64,000 nt of DNA from Christensenella sp. UBA4626 (GCA_002406115.1 DHNC01000014.1:5590-69589); one strand, 5' to 3'; shown: positions 44,009-52,191, counted from the first letter of the stretch. The notes: a model not told the origin generated them from the letters alone. Program-made: numbers and translations.

Positions 44009-44038
44009 ATTTTAAGTCGTTTGAAGTTTTTTAGTCAA
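44009..44038 (-). promoter_or_regulatory. candidate promoter giving a leaderless transcript of the 667-aa gene
   Basis: The minus strand reads TTGACT-18 nt-TAAAAT-aaaagt-ATG. Confidence 0.35.
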
Positions 44039-44125
44039 GTAAATTGTGAGTGTTTTTGTAAATATATTTTTTTCTTAAAAATTTACTTGTTTAACATTGA
44101 TTTTACTGTCACCATAGACCTCTCG

Positions 44126-44343
44126 GTCATGTTGAGCGAAGTGTAACGAAGCAAAACACATGAATAACGAGTTTACGAGTTCATATGTGTGCGAAGTGTA
44201 ACGAAGCAAAACACATGAATAACGAGTTTACGAGTTCATATGTGTGCGAAGTGCAACGAAGTCGAAACATCTCCATGCTTCGCACAGGATTATCTTTTGT
44301 CCCGAGATCCTTCGACTTCGCTAACGCTCCGCTCAGGATGACA
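44126..44343. repeat. second copy of palindromic element B, expanded by an internal 55-bp tandem repeat
   Basis: The left arm gtcatgttgagcgaagtg... and the right arm ...cgctcaggatgac enclose 55-bp units at 44136-44190 and 44191-44245, plus a partial unit from 44246. Confidence 0.85.
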
Positions 44344-44363
44344 ATACCCCAGCAAATCCTCTC

Positions 44364-44397
44364 TCCTCGTGTCCCCTCAGGGGTCCCCAAAAAACTT
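44364..44397. repeat. repeat A, third copy (abuts the stop codon of the M50 protease gene)
   Basis: The 29-mer at 44369-44397 is identical to 41472-41500, in the same orientation. Confidence 0.9.
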
Positions 44398-45200
44398 TAA
44401 TGGCGTGCTGCGACGACGTCCTTGATTTGGGTGGTGAGCGGAAATTTGAGGGCGTAGGCAACGATTGTATCCTCGTCAAAATATTTGCAGGCGGTTTGCG
44501 GGCAATAAAATATGGTGTAGCAGCGGTTGTTTATATTTTTGATTAAGCTGAACAAATTTTCGCAACCGTCAACTTTAAGCAAGACGATTTTTTGATATTT
44601 GTTGGTTTTTGGTTTAAGCAAATTAAAATTTAATGTTGGGCTTGGCTTGGAAAGGGCAAAGAAAACGGCAAAAAGCAAGTAAAACCAGTTGATTTGAGCA
44701 AACAATGAACATATGAACAAAACTGCAAATGTTGTTGCAAGCAGGCTGCGGACGATTATATCCGACGTTTTATATGCCTTGTTGGTTTTGAAAATGCTTT
44801 TGAAAATTTTGCCGCCGTCCAAAGGATAGACAGGTATGAGATTGAAGAAAGCAAGGACGAGGTTGCTTACGCAAAAACTGCTTAAAACCGAATGTGAAGC
44901 GGGCAAAATGGCGTAAAATATGAGGCAAACCAAACTTAAAGTGAGGTTGCACATGGGGCCAGCGATGTTGATTGCGAAATTGTCCTTATCCTCTATTGGC
45001 GATTGCAACTGAACGGCAAAACCAAACATTGTCAAACTTATGTACTTCAATTTATAACCTCGTTTTATGGCGACAAAAAGATGCGCCAACTCATGCAAAG
45101 AAAGAGCCAGCAAATAGTTTAAAAGCAGCAAAAATTTGTGTGTGAGCAAGCAAAGCAAAATCAAAACAAAGAAACTTATGCTGAATTTGAACTTTTTCAT
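44397..45200 (-). CDS. M50 family site-2 metalloprotease (SpoIVFB-like)
   Basis: 267 aa, multi-TM, with HExxH as LHELAHLFVAIKRGY and NLIPVYPLDGG. Its position upstream of rplU is as in Bacillus spoIVFB. Confidence 0.75.
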   Translation of the reverse strand: MKKFKFSISFFVLILLCLLTHKFLLLLNYLLALSLHELAHLFVAIKRGYKLKYISLTMFGFAVQLQSPIEDKDNFAINIAGPMCNLTLSLVCLIFYAILPASHSVLSSFCVSNLVLAFFNLIPVYPLDGGKIFKSIFKTNKAYKTSDIIVRSLLATTFAVLFICSLFAQINWFYLLFAVFFALSKPSPTLNFNLLKPKTNKYQKIVLLKVDGCENLFSLIKNINNRCYTIFYCPQTACKYFDEDTIVAYALKFPLTTQIKDVVAARH

Positions 45201-45236
45201 ATATTAAAATATTTGTTTGTGAGCAAATTTAGTACA

Positions 45237-45464
45237 TCAACCTGGCAAAGTTTGTACAAGTTTTATCCTATCGCCTGCACACATGATTACAATCTCATAA
45301 TCCGATTTGTTTGCGTTTATTTCCACTTTTATGTCGTCAAACGACACCTCAAAATAGTTGTTTATCAGATAAAAAAAGTCGGATTTTATCACCTCACCTA
45401 AAAATCTTGGGTTGTTTTGTTTGTCCTTTTGCATCATGGCGGACAATCTATTTTGCAAGTCCAT
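45237..45464 (-). CDS. minE: possible cell-division topological specificity factor MinE
   Basis: 75 aa downstream of minD. Size and loose pattern similarity only (N-terminal basic/amphipathic stretch, then ...INNYFEVSFDDIKVEIN...). Confidence 0.4.
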   Translation of the reverse strand: MDLQNRLSAMMQKDKQNNPRFLGEVIKSDFFYLINNYFEVSFDDIKVEINANKSDYEIVIMCAGDRIKLVQTLPG

Positions 45465-45558
45465 TTATCCCCCTTTTTGTTGCTTTTTATTTCAACTTTG
45501 TATCAAAAATGTGCTTGTTGTTAGCCTTTCAACAACTCCGCTTTAAAATACGTTCGTT

Positions 45559-45627
45559 GTTATTTTTTTAACAACTCCGTTTTATCAATTTTTTTAACTT
45601 ACCAAACAATCCACGATATTTGTAAGT
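45559..45627 (-). pseudogene. duplicated 3' end of minD (last 19 codons + stop + 11 nt)
   Basis: 69 nt aligning to 45668-45736 with 10 mismatches. Both encode TYKYRGLFGKLKKLIKRSC-stop. There is no upstream ATG/GTG in frame. A further degenerate partial copy lies around 45524-45545. Confidence 0.8.
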
Positions 45628-45676
45628 CAATATTGTGCATTGTTTACATCCTATCCTCTTGTTTGTTGTTATTTTT

Positions 45677-46468
45677 TTAACAACTTCGTTTAATCAACTT
45701 CTTCAATTTGCCAAACAATCCACGATACTTATACGTACAGTCAAACAATTTCTTTTCGCCGGTGAGGATGTTTTCTGCCAAAATTTCAAAGGCTCGATTG
45801 AGGGCTATGCGTTGGTCGGAAATCGTTTCGCTGGTGCTAGTTATCACGTTGTCATCTTCCGGAATAACTCCGCCAAAATCTATACGCAACGTCTTGCCGA
45901 TGTCGTACACGTCAAACATGAGTTTATCTTGAATAAGGTCGCCACGGGCTCGATTGATGACAAATCGCTTTGACTGGATGTTGTAACTTGAAAGGATTGT
46001 GACAACCTTGTCCGCATCACGAATGCTGCTGAGGTGCGGCGTGGTTACAACCAAAGCCTCGTCGGCGCAATACACGGCTCGTTTAAAACCTGCGTCAATG
46101 CCAGCCGGGCAGTCTATCAAAACAAAGTCAAAAGTCTTTGACAAGGTGGAAATTATCGTCTTTATGTCGGACAGTTGAATGGTGAGGTTTCGGTTTAATC
46201 CGCCGCTGGAAAGCAAATACAAAAGCGGAAAGCATTCGTCCTGCACCAACGCCTCTTTAAGCCGGCACCGACCTTCCAAAACGTCCAAAAGTGTGTAAAC
46301 AACTCGGTCTTCCATATTCATCACCACGTCCAGGTTGTTCAAGCCCAAATCCATATCCACAAGACAAACACGCAAGTTGCGTCTTGCCAGATGTCTGCCA
46401 AGGTTTGCCGTGACGGTTGTTTTTCCCACTCCGCCCTTGCCGGATGTCATAACAATAACTCTACCCAT
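45677..46468 (-). CDS. minD: septum site-determining ATPase MinD
   Basis: The start is taken at ATG 46468 (SD ggaggc). Motifs MGRVIVMTSGKGGVGKTT (deviant Walker A) and VLIDCPAGI. C-terminal amphipathic membrane-targeting helix. Confidence 0.92.
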   Translation of the reverse strand: MGRVIVMTSGKGGVGKTTVTANLGRHLARRNLRVCLVDMDLGLNNLDVVMNMEDRVVYTLLDVLEGRCRLKEALVQDECFPLLYLLSSGGLNRNLTIQLSDIKTIISTLSKTFDFVLIDCPAGIDAGFKRAVYCADEALVVTTPHLSSIRDADKVVTILSSYNIQSKRFVINRARGDLIQDKLMFDVYDIGKTLRIDFGGVIPEDDNVITSTSETISDQRIALNRAFEILAENILTGEKKLFDCTYKYRGLFGKLKKLIKRSC

Positions 46469-46510
46469 AATTGCCTCCTTTTGTTTTGATAAATTTAGCA
46501 CGCAAAAATG

Positions 46511-46553
46511 AAAAAACGAAGGCGAAATTTGTCTTGTTTTTGCCTTCGTTTTT
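46511..46553 (-). terminator. intrinsic terminator between the MreB-like gene and minD
   Basis: Minus strand: acgaaggc ... gccttcgt followed by tttttt. Confidence 0.65.
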
Positions 46554-46583
46554 ATTCGACAATTTATATTCAAATTAACTTGT

Positions 46584-47579
46584 TTAAAATTTAACTTTCA
46601 AGAAATCCTTATCTGATGAGAGAAGTTTGCCCAAGCCAAGCACGACCGCATCTGCTGGACACTCTGGCACGATGATTGGAAAATCCAATTTCTTTTTGGC
46701 GTACTCGTAAAGCCCTGCGATATTGCTGCCGCCACCGACAAACACGATGCCAGTGTTAAACACGTCGTTTGCCACCTCTGCCGGCAATGATTTAATAACC
46801 TGATCCACACGCTCAAAGATTGCATCGTAAACATTGCTGATTGCCAAGCGGACATCGTTTGCTGTGATTGAAGCCCGCACTAGATTGCTATTTTCGTTTG
46901 TGCCAACAAACTCGCAAGCATACATATCTCGATTGTAAAGTGAAGCCACCTCATTCTTGATTTTTTCCGCTGCTTGCTCGCTGATTGTAAGCCCGTAATT
47001 GTCCGACACAAAAGTTACAATGCTTTTGTCCATATCCTGCCCGCCGATGTAATACATCCTGCCAAAATTCAAGTTGTATTCATTGAGGACTGAAACGTCT
47101 GTCACATTTTTGCCGATATCCACAACCATAACGTGATTGTGAGAGTCAAAGCCCAAATCTGACTGAACGCAGACGCTGTTAAACACAAATTCAACCTTGT
47201 TTACGCCAGACTCGTGCAAAACTTTTTTGATAAGCAATAACTGTTGTTCGTTAAGTGCGGTTGGCACGGCAACCAAAGCATAAATACTGGTTATAAACAG
47301 TTTGCCTTCCACCACATTTTCAATGATTTTCCCAAGCAAAAGGCGTGCCATTTTTTCGTCCACAATTTCGCCATTTTCAATTGGGCGATAAACCTTGTAG
47401 TTAGCGGATTTTGAGTTAAATAATTTTTCCGCCTTTTTGCCGATTGCGTGCACTTTTATCATCTTGCCATTTGTTGTGACGGCAAGATAAGCGGGCTCTT
47501 TTGCCACTATCCCGCAACCTTTTTTGTAAACAATGATTTCATTGCTGCCAAATTTAAGACCTAAATCAATCCTAAACAT
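46584..47579 (-). CDS. MreB/Mbl-family actin-like protein, divergent
   Basis: 331 aa, collinear with MreB (AIGKKAEKL, YRPIENGEIVD, VVDIGKNVTDVSVL, FVGGGSNIAGL, PADAVVLGLGK). The phosphate-binding loops are degenerate. Confidence 0.7.
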   Translation of the reverse strand: MFRIDLGLKFGSNEIIVYKKGCGIVAKEPAYLAVTTNGKMIKVHAIGKKAEKLFNSKSANYKVYRPIENGEIVDEKMARLLLGKIIENVVEGKLFITSIYALVAVPTALNEQQLLLIKKVLHESGVNKVEFVFNSVCVQSDLGFDSHNHVMVVDIGKNVTDVSVLNEYNLNFGRMYYIGGQDMDKSIVTFVSDNYGLTISEQAAEKIKNEVASLYNRDMYACEFVGTNENSNLVRASITANDVRLAISNVYDAIFERVDQVIKSLPAEVANDVFNTGIVFVGGGSNIAGLYEYAKKKLDFPIIVPECPADAVVLGLGKLLSSDKDFLKVKF

Positions 47580-47597
47580 TTACCCCTCCTGCAAATC

Positions 47598-49103
47598 CTA
47601 TAAAATTTGCAAATTTTTTCCGTACACTTTTTTAAAGTCACCTGCTATTGACATAGCCTGAGATATTTCAAGAGTTGCCTCTCTTTCAACTTCGGTTTTT
47701 AAGATAACAGTGTCGCCAAGCACGTCGCAAGCAATATCTTTTACGCTGTTTGAACCCGTGATGTTGAGCATGGTTGCCATTTTGATGATGATTGCCAACT
47801 TTTTAACTGCGTCCAAATCTTCATCGGTCACCAAGTCTTTATATCTTATCCACTCAGTCAAACTGAAATCGTCGATATTTTGACTGCTTGCCACAAAGGC
47901 TGCCAAAAGGATATCTTTGTGAGTTGCACCGTAAATATTGCTGTTTAAAATGATTGGGAAATTGTTTTTAATATAATTTTCAAAGGCGATGCGTTTGCCA
48001 GACATACACATACTTGCCGCAATACGCAAAACCTTTACATAAGGCCTTGTGAGTTTGTGCAAAACTTTAAGTTGCTTGTAAAGAATGACCGCCAAAGAAT
48101 AGTTGCTATCCAAATTTGCGTTGGTTGGATAAAATTCGTTGATAGAACTGAGCGAATAACCCAAAATGTCAAGCAAAGGTTTTTCGCCAGTTTGTGCAAG
48201 CAAGTTTTTGGCGATGATGCCATACATCTCTCCATTTGTGGAAACACGCACGCAGCCACGAACAAATTCGTTATACATCGCTTTGACAATTGCAATGCCA
48301 ACTGCAACAACATCCGCACGTTTCTCGCTTATGCCTTTAAGTTTTTTTGCTTTGTCCAAATCAAGGCCTCGGATAAGGTTGTAAATGCTTGCAAAACTTT
48401 CGGTTGTAATTGGATAGTTGTGCGCCACATCAAGTGGATATCTTGAAGACTTTCTGCTCAACTTGCCCACTGACAAGAAAACTTCGCCAATGCCAAAAAA
48501 TTCGCAATCGTCATCCAAATTGTAAAGCCAGTCAATTTTTTTAAGTTCTTTGGAAATAAACTCAACTGTTTTGTCCATCCTCTCAGTCAACGAAAGGTTG
48601 CCAAACATCTCCAAAAGGTTCACCGAACCATAAGGCAAGGAAACACTGTTTGCCACAACACGGCGGTTGAATTTTACGATTTGAGTGGAATAGTCACCAA
48701 CTTGAATAAGCACCCCACGAGTCATTGCAAATGAATACATGATTGCACTGTGAAGAGCGGTTACTTGCTCTTCTGCTGTCAAGATTTTAAAGTACAAAGA
48801 AACAGTTTTGTACACTTCATCCAAAAAAGCAATTTGGTTGCGTGCGGATGCAATCACTGGGCTTGCGTAACAAATGTGATTTTCAATTTTTGCATTGTCA
48901 ACAATCTTTCTAAAATTTTTCAAAACCGAAATTGTTTCTTGAATGCGGGCTGGTTTGATATATCCGTCCCTTTCCATATCTTGAATCAATTTTACAGGTT
49001 CAATAATCTGTTGCTCTATTGCAAAAAATCCTGTTTGCGTACATTTAAATATTGTGAGTTTTACGTCGTTTACACCCAATTCAAAAACTGCCAATTTGTT
49101 CAT
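47598..49103 (-). CDS. Ppx/GppA-family phosphatase-like protein, divergent
   Basis: 501 aa. The N-terminal ASKHA fold is collinear with Ppx/GppA (VFELGVNDVKLTIF, ILTAEEQVTALHSAI, LIQVGDYSTQIV) and the C-terminal helical region is HD-like. The motifs are degenerate. Confidence 0.5.
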   Translation of the reverse strand: MNKLAVFELGVNDVKLTIFKCTQTGFFAIEQQIIEPVKLIQDMERDGYIKPARIQETISVLKNFRKIVDNAKIENHICYASPVIASARNQIAFLDEVYKTVSLYFKILTAEEQVTALHSAIMYSFAMTRGVLIQVGDYSTQIVKFNRRVVANSVSLPYGSVNLLEMFGNLSLTERMDKTVEFISKELKKIDWLYNLDDDCEFFGIGEVFLSVGKLSRKSSRYPLDVAHNYPITTESFASIYNLIRGLDLDKAKKLKGISEKRADVVAVGIAIVKAMYNEFVRGCVRVSTNGEMYGIIAKNLLAQTGEKPLLDILGYSLSSINEFYPTNANLDSNYSLAVILYKQLKVLHKLTRPYVKVLRIAASMCMSGKRIAFENYIKNNFPIILNSNIYGATHKDILLAAFVASSQNIDDFSLTEWIRYKDLVTDEDLDAVKKLAIIIKMATMLNITGSNSVKDIACDVLGDTVILKTEVEREATLEISQAMSIAGDFKKVYGKNLQIL

Positions 49104-49528
49104 TAAAATTTCTCCTTTTCAAACCATCAAAACTAAAAACAAAACCGATGATTTGTTGTGTGATTTGTGTTAAAATCAAGATTGTTTCAACTTAAAAAAC
49201 CACTCCTTGTTTGGCATATATGTAGCACTATTTTGAGTTATAGTCAATAGGTTTTTGAAAAATTTTCCGAAAGTTTTTTTGCTTTAATTTTCGTTGATTT
49301 TTTTGGATATTTTGAAACTTTTTAAATTGTTTTCAAAAAAAATTTTATTTTTGCAAATTTTTCATTAAAAACACAAAAAAATATGCCAAGTTTAGCATAT
49401 TTTTTAAAATTTTTTCTATTTTTTGCCTATCTTTTATGATTTTGCAAGTTTGATTTTTATCAAGTAAATTGAATATTGTTTGATTAAAAATATAAGTATT
49501 TATTCCATTATTTAAATGAGCAACACCA

Positions 49529-50251
49529 TTAAATCAACTTTTCAATCTCAGTTTTGTATGTTGAAAAGATAGAATTTTCAAAGTCTGGTTCAGCCTTAAA
49601 AACCATGTTTTGTTTTGTGGTTGGATGAACAAATTCCAACTTATATGCCCAGAGTGCGAGGTTGCCTTTATGGGCTTTGTCGCCATATTTAAAATCGGCA
49701 TAAATTGGAGCATTTAATTGCTTTGACATTTGCACACGGATTTGGTGACTTCTGCCTGTTATCAAGTCCACTTCAACCAAACTTAAAGTGGTGTCTTGTC
49801 CATTTTCCGTAAACGATTTTGATGACAAAACTTGATAGTTTAAAATTGCTTGCTTTGCACCGTCCTCCAACTTTGGAGCAATAGAAACAGTGTTTGTTTT
49901 TTCGTCCTTTTTAAGATAGGTCACCAATTGGTCGTTTGCAATTTGAGGTTTGCCACAAATGACTGCCAAATAAGTTTTTTGCATTTGTTTTGATTTAAGT
50001 TCCGCACTCAACCTTGCCGCAGCTTTGCTTGTCTTTGCAAAGACCATAACGCCGCCAGTTGGTCTATCCAATCTGTGCACCAAACCTAAAAATACATTGC
50101 CCGGCTTTTTGTCACGTTGTTTGATAAAATCTTTGATAATTGTAAGCATATCCAAATCCTTACTTTCATCCTCTTGCACAGAAACATTGTGCGGTTTTAC
50201 CACAACAATAATATGATTATCTTCGTATAAAATTTTTGGTTCGATTTGCAT
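49529..50251 (-). CDS. RluA-family pseudouridine synthase (no S4 domain)
   Basis: 240 aa with the catalytic motif VHRLDRPTGGVMVFAKT and TGRSHQIRVQM. Confidence 0.85.
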   Translation of the reverse strand: MQIEPKILYEDNHIIVVVKPHNVSVQEDESKDLDMLTIIKDFIKQRDKKPGNVFLGLVHRLDRPTGGVMVFAKTSKAAARLSAELKSKQMQKTYLAVICGKPQIANDQLVTYLKKDEKTNTVSIAPKLEDGAKQAILNYQVLSSKSFTENGQDTTLSLVEVDLITGRSHQIRVQMSKQLNAPIYADFKYGDKAHKGNLALWAYKLEFVHPTTKQNMVFKAEPDFENSIFSTYKTEIEKLI

Positions 50252-50373
50252 TTGATTTCCTTTTTTATTGTTATTTTTTTGATTTTTGCCAAAAAAGTTA
50301 AGATTTTTAGCGTTTTTTATTTAAATTTTAAGGTTTTTTAAAAATTTTTATCTATTTTTATTTTTAAATGTTT

Positions 50374-51267
50374 TTATTTGTTTTTAAATATTTTGATTGC
50401 ACTACATCCGCAAGGCAACACAACGCCAGTCTGTTTTGTTGGAAGCCCAACTTCGTAAGCGTCAGTTTTGCCGCCCAAAATTGTCAAGTTCAAAATGTTT
50501 GCCATAACGGTTGGTTGCAGGCCAGTTGTGTAACTGTTGATAAGCACAAAAAGTGGATTGTTTGAAAGCACTTTGCTGCACAGACGGACGAAATCAAAAA
50601 TATTGTCTTCTATCTTCCAAGTTTCGCCTTTGGGGCCTCTGCCAAAAGAAGGTGGGTCCATAATGATTGCGTCATAAAAATTGCCACGTCTGATTTCTCG
50701 CTCCACAAATTTTGCACAGTCATCCATAATGTAACGGATGTTGGATATGTTGTTCAACCTTGCATTTTCTTTTGCAATTTCTATCATGCTTTTGCTTGCG
50801 TCAACATGAGTTACTTGCGCACCCGCCAAAGCACATTCGATGCTTGCCCCGCCAGTGTAAGCAAACAAGTTTAAAACTTTTATTGGACGACCTGCGGACT
50901 TTATCAAATCTGTCATAATATCCCAATTGACAGCCTGCTCTGGAAACAAACAAATATGTTTAAAACTCATCGGCTCGATGTGGAATTTTACACCTTTACG
51001 TTCAATCACAAAACTTTTTGGCATTTTTGGATTTATTTTCCACTCACCTGACTTATTTTCCGTGCGAGTGTAATGAGCATCAACTTTTTGTTTGATTGGT
51101 GCATCGTTGTTCCAAATAACTTGAGGGTCTGGACGCAAAAAAGTAAAACCGCCAATTTGCTCCAATTTTTCGCCTTTTGCGGTTTTTAAAACTAAATAAT
51201 CTTTCCAATCTGTTGCTAGTTTCATAATTTTATAATATATCCATTTATCTGGTTTGTCAATACACAC
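50374..51267 (-). CDS. class I SAM-dependent RNA methyltransferase (RlmI/RlmK-like, Methyltrans_SAM type)
   Basis: LNLFAYTGGASIECALAGA (SAM motif I) and DAIIMDPPSFGRG (motif IV). The start is uncertain: GTG 51267 (SD agga, coupled to the upstream stop) or ATG 51225. Confidence 0.75.
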   Translation of the reverse strand: MCIDKPDKWIYYKIMKLATDWKDYLVLKTAKGEKLEQIGGFTFLRPDPQVIWNNDAPIKQKVDAHYTRTENKSGEWKINPKMPKSFVIERKGVKFHIEPMSFKHICLFPEQAVNWDIMTDLIKSAGRPIKVLNLFAYTGGASIECALAGAQVTHVDASKSMIEIAKENARLNNISNIRYIMDDCAKFVEREIRRGNFYDAIIMDPPSFGRGPKGETWKIEDNIFDFVRLCSKVLSNNPLFVLINSYTTGLQPTVMANILNLTILGGKTDAYEVGLPTKQTGVVLPCGCSAIKIFKNK

Positions 51268-51273
51268 AAAATC

Positions 51274-51993
51274 CTAATATACGTCAAGGATTTTTTTCAT
51301 GTCGATGATATCCGCCTGAGTTATAATGCACAAAGGTCTGCAATTGTCCTTACCATCTTTTGTGATGATGATAATAAGCAATTTGCGGTTATTTTCAAAA
51401 TAATTCATAGCGGCGTCAATTGTCAATTTTTCGTCCGCCAAAATGTAGTAATAATCATCGCCCATTTGAGTCAAAACGTCCATTGCCGGTGTGGTTTCAA
51501 TAAACTCTTGAAGGTTCACATCCGCTGCCACTTGATCGCCCAAAACGCCAAGCAATTTGCGGGCATTTAAAACGCCAATCAATTTGTTTGAGTTGTAGAC
51601 TGGCAAGTTTGAATATCCTGTGCGGGAAATAATTTCCATTGCCTCAGCAATTTTCATATCTTGTTCAATAACAATAACATCCTTGTTGCCCACACGGTCA
51701 ATTGCGTGTGGTGGCTCAGCAATAATAGCAGAAAGTTTTTCAATCTTTTCCACAATGTCATCATGAGGCTCGGCGATTATAAACTTATTGTTGCCAGTGT
51801 GCACAATTGCGTTGCGAAGCCTGCCAAAATCAATCAAATCCTCCTCATATTTACGCACAACCGAATTAAGCAAAACAGCACGACGCACCACATCACTGAA
51901 AGACATACTGCGTTTAAAATCATAAATAGCACGCAAATTATAATCAATTTGATTGTAAGCAGTTATAAAACGCTCGGCATTGGATTTTTTCAT
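51274..51993 (-). CDS. CBS-pair protein with an N-terminal HEPN-like (R-N-x3-H) helical domain
   Basis: The start is taken at ATG 51993 (SD aaggagag). The N-terminal ~100 aa ends in GRLRNAIVH. Two CBS motifs follow (MEIISRTGYSNLPVYNSNKLIGVLN ... CIITQADII). Confidence 0.65.
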   Translation of the reverse strand: MKKSNAERFITAYNQIDYNLRAIYDFKRSMSFSDVVRRAVLLNSVVRKYEEDLIDFGRLRNAIVHTGNNKFIIAEPHDDIVEKIEKLSAIIAEPPHAIDRVGNKDVIVIEQDMKIAEAMEIISRTGYSNLPVYNSNKLIGVLNARKLLGVLGDQVAADVNLQEFIETTPAMDVLTQMGDDYYYILADEKLTIDAAMNYFENNRKLLIIIITKDGKDNCRPLCIITQADIIDMKKILDVY

Positions 51994-52191
51994 GTTCTCT
52001 CCTTTGAAAACTAAAATTAAACCTTGAGGGGTTAATTTCTTTTGAAATTTATTATGTTTAATTATAACATATTGACAAAAACAATTCAAACAATTGATTG
52101 CAAAATTGTTGCAATTTGCACTGCCAAAGTTTGATTTTTGTTGAAAATCTTAAAATTTTGTTTAAATTAACTGCAAAATTTAAAAAAAGTG

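Noticed and set aside
44181-44400. ORFs 44181..44390 (-) and 44185..44400 (+).
   Set aside because: They are mutually antisense ORFs lying entirely within palindromic element B and repeat A, so they are repeat-derived.
45559-45741. Programmed +1 frameshift or read-through joining minD to the duplicated tail.
   Set aside because: Copy B is in the +1 frame and that frame is open from within the minD tail. However, the only window for shifting (ATT AAA CGA AGT TGT TAA) has no recognisable slippery or RF2-like shift site. I kept it only as a low-probability alternative in the finding.
51225-51267. Leaderless start of the methyltransferase gene at ATG 51225.
   Set aside because: It cannot be separated from the alternative GTG 51267, which has an SD (agga) and is coupled to the upstream stop. 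The longer ORF is retained as the feature.
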